A DNA stretch of 61,564 nucleotides, filler included, from Dugesia japonica (GCA_001938525.1; 6 parts of 6 records of this genome joined end to end with filler, not necessarily neighbours in it); one strand, 5' to 3'. Counted from the whole stretch's first letter, positions 12,243 through 25,223 are shown. A program made the numbers and translations. The notes: generated from the letters alone by a model not told the origin.

Positions 12243-15200
12243 GTGATAAATGGAGATACTCCTAGACCTACTATGATAATATCAATAAATGGATATAACT
12301 TACTTTCATTAATATATACTGGAGCAGCATGCTCAATAATTAAAAAACTATTTCTTAACAAAAAACAACAAGAAAATCTTGATACGAGACTTTCAGGAAT
12401 TAAAATCATTTACGGGTCATTATTACCTATAAAAGGGATAATAGACTGTAATATTACCATAGGAAATGAGAATATACAGCACCCATTCCGAGTTGTACAT
12501 CAAGGAGTACAGGATTGTATTTTGGGAAGGGATTTACTATAAAAATTGACAGGATACGTTATAGATTTACAAAATAATAAATTATCAAAATCAGCCCCAG
12601 TAAATAATAAAAAAGCAAATAACCATTTATATTTAAAGTCTAATGCAAAAATAGAATATTCATGCGAATGTATAATGCCCGTAAAATTAGGGTTCCATAG
12701 TGAAAATACTTATTTTTTTAAACCAAATAATCATTTAGAGAAAATATTTAATATATCAATAGTACTCGGATGTTTTGTGCCAAAAGAGGGAAACATGCCT
12801 ATAAGAATTGTTAATTATAATAATCAAAATGTTAATCTTCGTCCAGGTATGAAATTAGGTAAACTTTATGTAAAAAACGAGGATTGCGAAATAAACGAAA
12901 TTACCATTAAGAATAATAACCCCATAAAACAAAAACAAATAGTAAAAGAAATCAAAATCATACGTAAGCAAACAAAGTTTTATGATAAAACTAAAATAAC
13001 CAATAGTAATCTATCAGCGCTTCAACGACAAAAATTACAAGCAGTAATAGATAAATATGAAGAAGATTTAGCAATATATGAATTTGATATGGGCGAATCA
13101 GATATTATACAACATACCATCGACACAGGTAATGCTAAACTAATTAAACAAAGGTCATATGTTGCACCATATAAATTGATAGAAGACGTTAAGCGGCAAA
13201 AAAAATAAAAAGATTATGGAATAATAGTACAAAGCTTTTCTCCATGGGTATCACCAGTAGTGCCAATAAAGAAATAAATTAGAATGTGTGTAGATTATCG
13301 AAAACTAAATGAAGTTACCAAAAAAGATACGCATCCTTTCCCCAAAATACAAGAGCAATTTAATAAATTAAGTAAAGCACTATGATTCGCTTTATTTGAC
13401 GCCAATTTATTTGTTCTAAAAGTGTTATTACATGATAGAGAAAAGACTGCATTTGTTACCGAAGATGGGTTATACGAGTTTACAAGAATGCCATTTGGTT
13501 TAACAAACACACCATCCTCATTTTAGAGATTGATGAATACAGTACTGATAGATGTGGAACATGTAATAGTATATATGGACGATATTTTGATAGCATCAGA
13601 ATAATTTGAGCAACATTTAATAAACATAGAAAATATAATGTCTTGATTGCAAAAGGCAAATATTAAATTAAAGCCAAGAAAAAGCAAATGGGCGTTAGAA
13701 CAAGTATTATTTTTAGGTCATATTGTCTCATCAAAAAGGTTTACAACCGAATCCAGATAAAATAGAAGCAGTAAAGAATTTCCCAATACCAAAAACAGTA
13801 CAACAACTATAGAGGCCATAATGGATTAGTTGGATATTATCGAAGATTCGTAAAGGATTTTGCTAAAATATCTGCCCCGCTAGTGGAGTTAACGAAAGGC
13901 TTAAAAACAAAAGAAGAAAGTAAAAATGTGATGATCACTGATAAAATCGACGAAAGCTCAGCAAAATTACAAAATCTATGGTGAAACAATCAACAGGAAG
14001 ATTTTGATATGTTAAAAGAAAAACTAATAACAGTACCAATATTGAGATACCCAGACTTTGATAAACCATTTGTAATTATGACAGACGCAAGCGGATACGC
14101 AGCTGGAGCAGTTCTCGGACAAGAGAAAGAGAAAAATGAAGACTATGTAATTGCAAATGCAAGTAAAATGGTAAAAGGAGCAGAAACTAGATATTCAACA
14201 ATTGAAAAGGAGTGTTATGCAACAATATATGCATTGAAATAGTTTCGACCATTCATTTATGGAACAGAGATTTCTATACAGACAGACCACAAACCACTCG
14301 AAGGTTTGTAGAAAAGCAAAGATACATCCAGCCGAATATTTAAATGGGCTATAAAAATTCAGGATATGAAAATAATAATTAAATACAAACCCGGAAGTGC
14401 TAACATAAATGCAGATGCACTATCAAGAATTCCTAATATAAAAGACCTAGAAACAATAGAGTTAATGGCTATAATAACTATATAGATAAATGATAAAAGT
14501 TTCTCAGATGAACAGAAAAAGGATAAAATCATCAAATCAATACGAAATAATCTCAATGAAAATACAAAATACACAATATATAAGAATCTACTTGTATATG
14601 ACAATATGGGAAAATACTTATGGGTTGTACTTGATTCACTGAAGCAGATGTTACTTCTTCAATACCATCACGGTGCCCTTGGTAGACATTTATAAAGTAG
14701 AAAAACAGCATCTAGAAATATTATTCTCAAAATTTGCAGGAAGAAGTAAAACAATGGTGTAAAGCTTGTTCAATATGCGCAACCAGAAAAAACACTGGAA
14801 CCAAAACAAAAGTACCACTTAATTCAATGCCAGTACCAAGTTCACCAATGGAAATATGTGCTATAGATTTCCTAAGCAAAATACCAACTACAATAAAAGG
14901 CAATAAACATATCTAGGTATTTAACGATTACTTTACAAAATAGGCTGAAGCATTCCCCAACAAGGACGAATCACCCAAAACAGTCGCAAAACTATTAGTG
15001 GAAAAGATTATTTTCAAATATGGAGCACCCAAAAAATTACTATCAGACAGAGGTAGAAATTCCTTTAGCGAAACAGTTAAAAGAGTCAACGAAATGTTTA
15101 ATATTCAAAAGATAAATACTTCAGCATACCACCCACAGACNNNNNNNNNNNNNGAAAGATTTAATAGTACATTATGCAACAGACTATCAGTATTTGTTAA

Positions 15201-15285
15201 TAAAAATCAAAACGATTGGGATTTATTTATCAAACCAGAACTATTTGCTCACAATACAACAGAATTTATAGAATTTTTATGGTAA
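12243..15285 (+). pseudogene. pol: Gypsy pol: aspartic protease, dUTPase-like spacer, RT, RNase H, integrase (many stops and frameshifts)
   Basis: LIYTGA (D>Y) and CILGRDLL; RMCVDYRKLN, RMPFGL, YMDD; [18 protein letters not shown]; HHGALG..CSIC, LLSDRG, TSAYHPQ..ERFN. Confidence 0.92.
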
Positions 15286-15399
15286 TGAGAATCTAATTAT
15301 AAATTAGTCTATCCGATAGAGAATTTCATTTTGAGTTAGAAAAACATGGTTACAAATCGTCACATTGTATACATAAAAAGTTATAAAAGAAAAACAAAG

Positions 15400-15960
15400 T
15401 GAAAAAATAGTCACTCATAGGAATCAAACTACCACTGATGAGTTGTAAAAAAACTGCTATTACCATTGGACCATGCAGTAATTGAATATATTTCAAAAAT
15501 CATTATTAATACGTATAAAAAATAATCAAACTTTATAATTGACGAAATAAATTAAAAACAAGTACTAATTATGGGTTGCTCTCATGGATAATTATAGTCT
15601 CTAATGATGAACCATCAAATTTTGAAAAAATAAAANNNNNNNNNNNNNNNNNNNNNNNNNNNNNNNNNNNNNNNNGAATGTTTTACTGATTCTGAATATC
15701 ATCATCTTAAATCACCAAACTTTATAAGAGACTGGTAAAATCCGAAAAAACAGTGTAAAAAAAATGGTCATTCATTGGATTCGAACCCACCACAAATGAT
15801 TTGTACAAGGAAGTTCTTACCAATGAACCATTCATCGAATTAGAATCTTTTGAAATATTAGTATTAATACGAAAAAAGACGTCAAACTTTATCATTAACG
15901 GAATAAAATTAAAACATTACTTATTATGCGTTGTTATTATGGATAATTGTAATCTCTAAT
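15400..15960 (-). repeat. Two degenerate ~360-bp tandem units with a tRNA-derived Pol III core (SINE-like or tRNA pseudogene)
   Basis: Minus strand 15765-15830 has A-box-like TGGTTCATTGG, B-box GGTTCGAATCC, ends in CCA and is followed by a T-run. A diverged copy lies at ~15409-15475, and 15481-15605 aligns by eye with 15841-15960. Confidence 0.55.
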
Positions 15961-16889
15961 TAGCCAAGTTGGATGGTTGGTGAAAATCTAATGAAATCCA
16001 AGAAAGGTTATGGAACTTAAGACAATTTACACATTTTAAAACTTAGTCTTTGTAATTTTTAAACCAAGTCAAATTTAATTTTGAAATTTGAAAAGTTTAC
16101 ATTTATTGCAAACAATGAATATAAACAAGATTTATTAAAAATGTTAATATAATTAACTATTAATTTAAATTAAAATATATGCATCATTCATATTATTTAA
16201 CCATTAATTCAAATTAAAATCATAAGTAACACAATACCAAAATCAATTAAAATTAAGTAAAACTAACCGGATTTGGTTTTCATCATACAATTATTTTCAA
16301 TCTTCATCATAACATTTGGTCGAATATTTCATTTTTTTAAATATTTAAATTAAGTCTGTTCAAAAATTAAAGAATTCACTTATTTTTTATCTGAATTTTA
16401 AAATTATGATGAAATAAAATTTGTTCATATAAAATGATAAAACACATGTTTTTTAATTAATTTGATGCGATTAAACAAACATAAAATACATTAATATTAG
16501 TATAATAATTGTCAAGTTTTTATCTTAAATGAAATAAATCAAAAGGCAAGTACTTCATATATGTAATTTTTTAGTAATAATAAATTATGGGTGATTCCGA
16601 ACAGTAGTAATGTCAAAATTATATATCAGTAATACTTTTTGACTCGTTTAAACTCCTTTATGTGATAATTTATTCTTTATTGGTATTTTGTCACACATAT
16701 TGGTTTTCTCACTGTTCACTGGTCTTCGATAATCAGTGCTCTGATCCCAGTGTTCAGACATCAAAACTCTGATAGCTGTGCACTGGCTTCATTCCTCAAT
16801 ACTCTCCTCAATATGCACTGATCTTGAGTTGTTGATGGTTAGTTATCGATGATAGTGAGAATTGTAAATGTTAGTAGCTGAAAATAGTG

Positions 16890-17170
16890 AGTATTGTGTA
16901 TGTTAAGACATTGATGATAGCGAGTATTTTTAAGGATGAAATACTTTCGTTTAATAATTTCAAAATTGAAGGTGGAAATGGATCTTATCTTTACAAAGCA
17001 ATAATTGAAACTATAATAAATTATAATGGAGATAGTAAGAATATATGTCTTCCAGCAATGGGATATGGATCAGATACAGATAGAAAAAAGTCTATTAAAA
17101 TATCAAAACAATTGGTTCTATGCGGTTCATTGCAACCTGATTTCATGGATCAACCGAAGTACCAATAAAA
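16890..17170 (+). pseudogene. Isolated Polinton/Maverick major capsid protein fragment (different lineage from 23249-24516)
   Basis: IASIFKD..SFNN..YLYKAIIETIINY..DSK..LCGSLQPDFMDQPKY resembles the SLF..YPYRAYIETLLNY..G.LH.DLF.Q.KY pattern of Polinton MCPs. Confidence 0.7.
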
Positions 17171-17623
17171 TATACCAATTCATCAAATTTAATAAAAACA
17201 TTCAATACATTCAACTTATTTGTTTCATCAAGATTACTTGATTAATAAATTTAATGCATTTTATGTATTGATTTTGATTATTTTTCGNNNNNNNNNNNNN
17301 NNNNNNNNNNNNNNNNNNNNNNNNNNNNNNNTTAATTAATTAANNNNNNNNNNNNNNNNNNNNNNNNNNNNNNNNNNNNNNNNNNNNGGTTCCAACTAAA
17401 ATTTGTGCAATTTTTATTCCATCATCGGCGGCGCTTCATTTAGCATAAAATTTTCGGTAGTGTTTTATTTTATCATTTATAAAATATAGGTCATTTTCAA
17501 AATTTTTAATTCTTAGAGATGACAATTTTGATTTTAGGTCTTCAAGTGTATAATTACTTATTTCATGTTGATAATTTTTTAAATCTGGATACAAGGATTC
17601 TTCTGCCATTTTCTTAAAGGTTT

Positions 17624-18909
17624 TTATAATTCATCAAAAAATTTTTTTCTTTGATCTTTAGGACAACCATGAAGAATAATAAGGTTATTAATATAAATAT
17701 TCGCTGGTAAAATTAAATGAATTTTTTTTATTTTAACACTTTCTATTATATTACCAACAACTTCTTCTTTTTTAGTCTCATCAAAGATTTCATAACCGCT
17801 TTTACCTCCCACTAAATTTAGGGTGTTTATTTCTAATTTAAATTTTCCTAGTTTTTCAAATGTAAAATCTACTCTCTCATTAGAACCAATAAAATTAATA
17901 GCAACACTAAATTTAGGTATTTTTGTATATCCTCCAACAAAAACACATATTGGACCAACTTCTTTTTTTGCTGTAAAATAAAGTTTTAAAGGACCACCAA
18001 GAAAAAAAATAGTTTTTCATTATGATATTCCCAAAAACCATTTATTATTACTTTTTCTAATAATACGTAAATTTTTTCAATAGAATAATATGGAAATTTC
18101 TTTTCATTTTTAAGTAAAAAAAACATTTTAAAACATATATATATTTCTAAGTAAACATCACTCCATAGTAAATAATTATCAACTAATTCTTTAAATTTTT
18201 CTAATGACTCTGGAGATTTAATTGTTTTAAATATTTCTAAATTTTTATTAATTTTTTTTACATGTTCTGGGTGAAGAGGATTTTTAATCTTTTGATATTC
18301 CTCTTCCCAAGGAAATAAAGGATCAAATTGTTTTTTTTAAATAAAAATTTGTTTTTTTAAATTTTCAATTTCTTTTCTTAAAACTTCAATTTCTTCTTTT
18401 TTGATTTTAGGATCAATTTTTTTTAAACTTTCAACATCANCTTTCATTTGCAAGAAAAACTTNAAAATAAATTTTTTGAGAAATTTATAATTTACTAGAN
18501 CATCTTCATCTTTAGGGTCATCAGGAATTTTTATTTTCTTAATATTTTTTAAATTTACAGCATCAAGATTGTGTTTAGGATCATCAGTAATTTTTAAGGT
18601 TTTAATAGTGTCACTAGTCACACTTACAAATTTACTTTCACTAAGTAAATCAGCTAATTTTAATTTATCAATTTCTTTTTTTAAACCAGTGTAAAGAATG
18701 ATAATACTTTTTTGCTCGTTTTTGAGAAATTTTAAATTTACTGCATCCTGATCATCTTTAGCTGAATCAATAATTTTTAAAGTTTTAATAGTGTCACCTT
18801 TTTCATTTACAAATCTTTTTTCATTACTTGCATCTTGTATTCTTAATTTTGCAGAAAAAGTATTAATAATGTTTTTTTCATTCCTCGCCTGTAAGCGCTT
18901 TCCATACAT
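17624..18909 (-). pseudogene. Polinton fibre/spike-like protein (repeat stalk plus beta-rich C-terminal part), interrupted
   Basis: Three repeats of the type IKTLKI.D.(A/P)K...DAVNLKFLK in 18337-18909, followed by a downstream beta-rich frame to 17624. Confidence 0.5.
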
Positions 18910-19316
18910 TTATGTTCATTTATTTCAGCAATAATATCATCAAAAGATTTTTCTGGAAAGCTATATAAAAAATAAATACAAAGTACTCCACAAATTCTTG
19001 TTTCAAAAGGTTGAACTTGAATTTCATTAAATTTTTCAACATGCTTCTCAAGATCTTCATGAAATGGTTTTAAACCAAAAGAGTCAAAATAATGTTTATT
19101 CTTCATTGTTACCCAATGAGTTCAATTTTGATTTGTATTTTGATAATTAAAAATATAATTCATATCATTTTCAAAATTATCTGGCAACTCATTTTTCATG
19201 TAAATTTCCAATGGTATTTTTAAAAAGTTGTCAATGGAATAAAGATCAAAATTTGTAGTTGTAGTAATTCCAAATGTTTTTAGAAAATTTAAGATTTCTG
19301 GTTTATCATCGGACAT
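18843..19316 (-). pseudogene. Adenain-like (C5) maturation cysteine protease with one in-frame TGA at 19122-19124
   Basis: QN*THWV (G>stop in GTHW), YFDSFG and QVQ..ICGVLC supply the H/D/Q/C catalytic residues. Confidence 0.9.
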
Positions 19317-19920
19317 TTTCTTAAATGAACTAATAAAGACATTGTTTCATTATTAAAATCAATAGGTTTAAAATTTTCATCGACAACTTCAAATCTTAGA
19401 CCATCAATATAACTAGAAGATATTCTCGAGTAAATAAGTAGTGATGGTCTTTCAATAATTTTATATCCAAAGTTTACAGTGTTTGTTGGAAATGAAAATA
19501 ATAAATTAGTTGGTTTGTTATTTACATAATTTCCTTTAACTATATTACAAATAATGTTAATCATATTTATATCAGAAATGTTAATTTTTTCATTTGAATT
19601 ATATTTTCCAGATAGATACTTACCAGGTTTAAAACCTAAAAGTTTAGAAAAGAAAGATTTTTCATCAAATTTTAAAGTCTTATTTTCGGGAATAACAAGT
19701 AAAGATTTACCAGTTGAGGTATCTGCGGTTATCTCTATTTCTAAATATTTTATTTTCTCTGAAATTTCATCAACCTCATAAGCACTTGGGTGAATTTTTT
19801 CCTCCTTCCCATCAAATGTAAAATTAACATCTTCTTTTTCTATATTAAAAATAATATTATAAACAGAAAAGCAAATTAAACCAATTTCATATTCTTCTTT
19901 CAAGTCTAATGGGTGTCTTA
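19289..19920 (-). CDS. Polinton minor capsid protein (penton, single jelly roll)
   Basis: YEIGL..YN.IFNI, INIICNIVKGNYVN, GYKIIERP..LIY, VVDEN.KPIDFNNE..LHLR. Confidence 0.88.
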
Positions 19921-19979
19921 AATTATTTATTATTATTTATTTATTATTATTATTTATTATTATTTTATTTCTTAGTATT

Positions 19980-20700
19980 ATTTATTTAAAGTATTTTTTT
20001 TGATAAATTTTATATTTCTCATTTGAAATTAATTTCCTTGCTCTTAATTTTCCACAGATTGATTTAATAGCCTCATCAGTATTTTCATGACCGGATTTTT
20101 TAGCTGAAATTAAAACTATTAATTTTTCAAATAAATCTATTGCCGTGCCTTGTCCTTGAATAGCTGGTTGTTGTAGTGGGTGTAATATTGGTTGTGTTCC
20201 AATTTTTTTTTTCTTTTTTTAGGGGTTTTTTCTGGAGTTTTTGGTTCTACTTTTTTTTTAATATTTGATAATAATTGCTGTTGTAGGGGTGTGTAATCTT
20301 TAAACCAAATAAATAAATATTAACATCTTCTGTTTTTATATCATCAGTACATTTCCTAAAATTAAATTCATTGCTCCATCTGAATATGGAATAAGAGTAT
20401 CTGGAAGTATAAAAAATTTTGGTTCTGTATTTACCAAGACTAAATATATGTTTCTAATATTAATTTTTATTATTAAATAGGTTTTTACTGAAATGATTTC
20501 ATTAAAAAATTCTGGGATTGTTGTTGGAGTTAAATTATTAATATTAGGTTTCATTTCAATAGTTGGAATAAATGGATTTTTATTTTCAAATAATGTCTAC
20601 TTGTATTTTTGTTTGAGTATCCATTTCCAAAGTTGGAGGTTTTGGTATTAAAGGTGTTGGTTGTAATTGTTGTAATGCTGAAATTGTTGGTTGTTGTTAA
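19980..20700 (-). pseudogene. Polinton conserved uncharacterised protein, fragmented
   Basis: C-terminal GQG..DLFEKLIVLISAKKSGHENTDEAIKSICGKL pattern that I recognise from Maverick ORFs. Confidence 0.5.
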
Positions 20701-20947
20701 AGAGTTAGTGAAGATAGTAGGTTTTTACATTGGAGAACTTTACTAGAGAAATATTCATTATATTTTTCATCGGCTGCAATTATTTCTTTTAATTCTTTAA
20801 TTCTACTTGATAATATCACTTCACTCGCCACTCTCGCCATTTTAATAAGGTTTTTAATATAAACCATCGCCATAAGGTCGTAAATATATTCCTCCACCCT
20901 TTTTTTAATTCTTTCGATGATTTTAATTTTTGATTTTTTAAATATTC

Positions 20948-21298
20948 TTAAATAGCTTCACCCGGTTGTTTGTTTATATTTTCTATTTCAATTTCTCTTT
21001 CTTCTCGCTCTTCATTTATGTTATCAATTTCAATTTGTTTTTTATGTGATTCACGAGAGTGTGAAACGGTAGATGCAATTTTACTAGATATANNNNNNNN
21101 NNNNNNNNNNNNNNNNNNNNNNNNNNNNNNNNNNNNNNNNNNNNNNNNNNNNNNNNNNNNNNTTTTTTGATGTTTTTTAATTTCTTCTTTTGCTTTTTTA
21201 CCTATCCAATAATTTTTACCATCAATTTGAATAGACTTACTAAGATTTGAATTTAATAATTTTTTTAATTCTTCTTCTGTGATTGTCGCTTCGCCCAT
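20948..21298 (-). CDS. Polinton small core or membrane-active-type protein (centre masked)
   Basis: KKAKEEIKKHQK-[N]-SKIASTVSHSRESHKKQIE; position within the morphogenetic module. Confidence 0.4.
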   Translation of the reverse strand: MGEATITEEELKKLLNSNLSKSIQIDGKNYWIGKKAKEEIKKHQKXXXXXXXXXXXXXXXXXXXXXXXXISSKIASTVSHSRESHKKQIEIDNINEEREEREIEIENINKQPGEAI

Positions 21299-21299
21299 T

Positions 21300-22210
21300 T
21301 TATTTAGCAAATAAATCAGTTGTCATTTCATTTGTTAGTTGATTTAAATAAAAATATGTATAGGGTTCTTTCCAATGAAAATTTACTTCAAAATCATAAT
21401 TATCTTTTTGAAGAAATACATTTGAAAATAAATCACTATAAACACTATCACGATCTTTTTAATTTAATCGAAAAAATATAAAACAATTTGCATTACCTCT
21501 TATTGAATTTTTATCAAGGTGAAAATATGTTTGTGAAATATAAATTACATTACAATTTGAATGNCGACCTCGAGTGAAATAACTTTTTTGAATTTCTTGA
21601 TTTTTTTCCTTTACAACATCATCAAAAATTACAAGATTTTTTTTTATTTTTTTTAATCGATCACAGGGAATAATATCAGTTGGTTTATTACTTAGAATTA
21701 TTTATATTGCTTGTGGTCTTTTTGTTACAAATTTCTTTTCAATGAAAAATTTTATAACTTCTATTGGAGTAGTACATGAATCAGGAATAATCCCCTACTT
21801 ATCAAATATGAATATTATTTCTTGTTTTGTTAATCCATTTAAAAATNNNNNNNNNNNNNNNNNNNNNNNNNNNNNNNNNNNNNNNNNNNNNNNNNNTTCA
21901 TTTACAACATCATCAAAAATTACAAGATTTTTTTATTATTTTTAATCGATCACAAGGAATAATATCATTTGGTTTATAACTTAGAATTATTTCTATTGCC
22001 TGCGGTTTTTTTATTACAAAATATTTTTGAATGAAAAAATTTATAACCTCAAATAGTGGAGTACACGAATCTGGAACAATCGCTTGCTTCTCAAACATTA
22101 GTAGAATTTCTTGTTTTGTTAAACCATTTAAAAATCCATGATATCATAATTGTACTTCAAATTGATAAATTGTAGTCGAGTAAAAAACAAGAGTGTCGTA
22201 ATCGAGNNNN
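21300..22210 (-). pseudogene. A32/FtsK-like packaging ATPase with an internal tandem duplication; Walker A region falls in an N run
   Basis: Walker B LVIFDD (twice), YFTRGRHSNCNVIYISQTYFHLDKNSIRGNAN. Confidence 0.9.
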
Positions 22211-22355
22211 NNNNNNNNNNNNNNNNNNNNNNNNNNNNNNNNNNNNNNNNNNNNNNNNNNNNNNNNNNNNNNNNNNNNNNNNNNNNNNNNNNNNNNNNNN
22301 NNNNNNNNNNNNNNNNNNNNNNNNNNNNNNNNNNNNNNNNNNNNNNNNNNNNNNN

Positions 22356-22830
22356 TAAAGAAGTTTTTTGTAACTCATTCTCATTAAATCTTCCAAGAAT
22401 TTTTTTATCATCATCATCGGTGATTTGATAAGTTAGTGTACGATTAAATCTTTCAATGACAACTGCCTTTCCTTGATTATAAGTAGAATAGCGGTTAATA
22501 CTATTTTCTTTACAACAGGTGTTAAATGATGTGTTGTAAAATTCCTTTCCACGATCAACCCATAAATTATTTGGAGCTTGAAAATTTTTTCTAGAATTTT
22601 TTCAAATGCATTGGTAACCACCCCAGCGGTTTTTTTATCACAAAGTTCTACAAACGCAAATCTTGTATAAAGATCGATAACTGTTAGTATTACTTTTTAT
22701 TATGGAAAGTTAAATCTTCCAACCAAGTTTCATCGGGTTCACTGTTACTTTTAACAATTCTCTCGGTTTTTTATAATCACGATGAAGCTCATCTGCTATA
22801 CCTTGTCAAATTAATATTTTACCCTTTATT
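22356..22830 (-). pseudogene. Retroviral-like (rve) integrase of the Polinton, frameshifted and internally deleted
   Basis: IADELH, LTVIDLYTRFAF, LWVDRGKEFYN and KAVVIERFNRTL, joined directly to the C-terminal TYQITD..ILGRFNENELQKT. Confidence 0.9.
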
Positions 22831-23230
22831 GCTGTTTTTACAAGAGCTCTTTGAAATTTTTCTGCTATTGTAGGATTTTCAATATTATCCAAGTCGTATT
22901 TAATTTACATCCGCAATCTGTCGATCTCTAAGATCTTCTGANNNNNNNNNNNNNNNNNNNNNNNNNNNNNNNNNNNNNNNNNNNNNNNNNNNNNNNNNNN
23001 NNNNNNNNNNNNNNNNNNNNNNNNNNNNNNNNNNNNNNNNNNNNNNNNNNNNNNNNNNNNNNNNNNNNACCGAATAAATGTCTTTCACCTGGATATTTTT
23101 ACCAAGTAAATGGTTTTAAAATATTACTTACAAAACTTGATGATTGAAGATCCCCGCCGCCTTTACAAAGTTTTACATGCCTAGCTTTATTTTTTTTAAT
23201 AAAGTTCTATTACATTTTTCACATGTAAAT
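22810..23230 (-). pseudogene. Phospholipase A2-like (PLA2X-type) virion protein with an N-terminal zinc finger; core masked
   Basis: CEKC..RHVKLC then KYPGERHLF-[N]-EDLRDRQIAD..ENPTIAEKFQRALVKTAIKGK. Catalytic HD motif is not visible. Confidence 0.6.
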
Positions 23231-23248
23231 TTAGTTAATTTAATTATT

Positions 23249-24516
23249 TTATTTATTAAAAAATTTAACACCTCTCACATTTTCAACCATGGCAATTTTA
23301 TTATTTGCTAATTTCATTTCTTTATATTTTTCCTCAACAATGCACCAGTAAAGACTTCCGGTAAAATCTGGATCCTTTGTAATGTGAAGTGTAACATCAA
23401 CATTATTTATATTTAATCTATCAACTTTAGCTGTTACATCAAAACAGAAAATTGGATATAATTCGCCAAATTCTTGAAGGGATAATTGTGGTTCTGTGAA
23501 AAAGTATTGACAACATTATATATAATTAAAATAAGGATAAATCATTTCATTATTTGTCATATCAAATTTACATTCATTAATTGGATAGTAATTATTATTT
23601 AACTGAATTTGNNNNNNNNNNNNNNNNNNNNNNNNNNNNNNNNNNNNNNNNNNNNNNNNNNNNNNNNNNNNNNTTTTTGTTTTCTTTTGAATAAATAAAT
23701 TATTATTATTTGCAAAAGAAATCTCTTCATTTTTTATCACTATAAAAACATATCTTGGTTTATATGAAAGATTGCTGATTTTGTAAGATGAATAATTTCC
23801 AGAATCTAATGACATCTTTTCTGTTATTCTATTTAAAAATATAACTTTGATTGGTTTGTCTGTTGAAATTCTTTCTAAAAGCATTAATTCCATTTTAGGT
23901 GTTAATCTACATTCTGGAATGTGAAGTTCGAGAGTTAGCAATTTTATTTTTGGTGTGACTTCTCTTTTAAATAAAAATTTATCCTCTAATTGTCGATTGC
24001 AACAAAATTCAATCTTTGTGTTGTAAAGAACTCGGTTAAAATTTTGGATGAATCCAAATAAAATTCTCAATGGAAAATAACCTTCAAATTTTTTACTTTT
24101 GTATAATTTTTTTCTTCGCTCTTCATCTAAAACCCATCCTGATAATTCTCCATATATTTTTCTGTGAGTATAACTTGTTGTAATAAAATTTAACATTGTT
24201 GATATTGTGCAAGATCATTAATAGTTTCTACATNNNNNNNNNNNNNNNNNNNNNNNNNNNNNNNNNNNNNNNNNNNNNNNNNNNNNNNNNNNNNGGTTGC
24301 TGTTTTATCAGCTTCATTTTCTGTTTCTATTTTAAAGTATAACATTGCATTACAAATATCTAATGGATTCGTGGATTGTAAAGATTGAAAAAATATATCT
24401 CCACCTCCTATCATATTATTTATTGAACCAGATGTTGGTGAAATTTTTAAAATGTCATTTTTTAATAATTCATGAGTAAAAATAATATTATTATCAAGAT
24501 TTATTTTTCCTTCCAT
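23249..24516 (-). pseudogene. Polinton major capsid protein (double jelly roll), frameshifted
   Basis: ORFs 24190-24516 and 23516-24196 plus tail: FPLRILFGFIQNFNRVL, KPRYVFI, QIQLNNNYYP, YPIFCFDVT. Confidence 0.88.
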
Positions 24517-25223
24517 TTTCTATAGCAATTTTTTTAAACTGTTTAATAGTTTTATTGCGTCACTTGCTCCCACACATTTTCTTCTACAATTACCATCACC
24601 GTCACTATTCCTACTATTACAATTAGCATCACTATTACAATTCCTACTATTGCTATTACTATGGAATTTTTTTTCAAGCCTATCTTCTAATGAAATAAAT
24701 CTTCCATTTGAATCTCCTTCCATTAAAGTTTTTGTTGTTCTTTTGTTGAAAGGAATGTTAAATTTAATTATATGTTTTTATTGTTTTTTCATTAAATGAG
24801 TTAAGTTTACAAAAAATCTTTTATTGAATTTTTTTTAAAATTATAATTTTTCATCATTGTGTGTAAAACCGTCTCGGGCATTTTTTATAATATTTTTTTG
24901 GCTGATGCTCTAAGTATTCCTAGGCATGTTGTTGGGACTTTCATACGTTTAAATTTTTCAGTAATTTTTTCCTTCCCTTCTAAATTATTAAAAAAATTTA
25001 TAATCTCTTTTTGTGAAAGTCGCTTTCTACCATCTTTTAATGTAAATGAAAAAGTAATATCCTTATAATTAGTTATTATTGGTTTTCTTTTTTTAAAATT
25101 AAGCATTAAATACATTCCCTACATTCGTTTTCTATTTTTTGAAAAATAAAAACATTCATTTCTGATTTAAATGCCTTCTTGTCTTTTTCTATTATTTTTT
25201 TTTTCATTTAGTTTTTTATATAT

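Larger units (their letters stand above)
9780..15285 (+). mobile_element. Ty3/Gypsy LTR retroelement with env-like gene upstream of pol (degraded; LTRs not identified)
   Basis: Order on one strand: unknown ORF relic, glycoprotein, PR, RT (YMDD), RNase H, integrase. Confidence 0.8.

Noticed and set aside
16890-17400. MCP fragment as the left part of the large Polinton
   Set aside because: It is separated by a linker, lies on the opposite strand and is a different MCP type.
19122-19124. In-frame TGA and TAA codons as evidence of an alternative genetic code or readthrough
   Set aside because: The same elements contain frameshifts and deletions, and RBX1 ends in a normal TAA. Pseudogene decay explains the stops.
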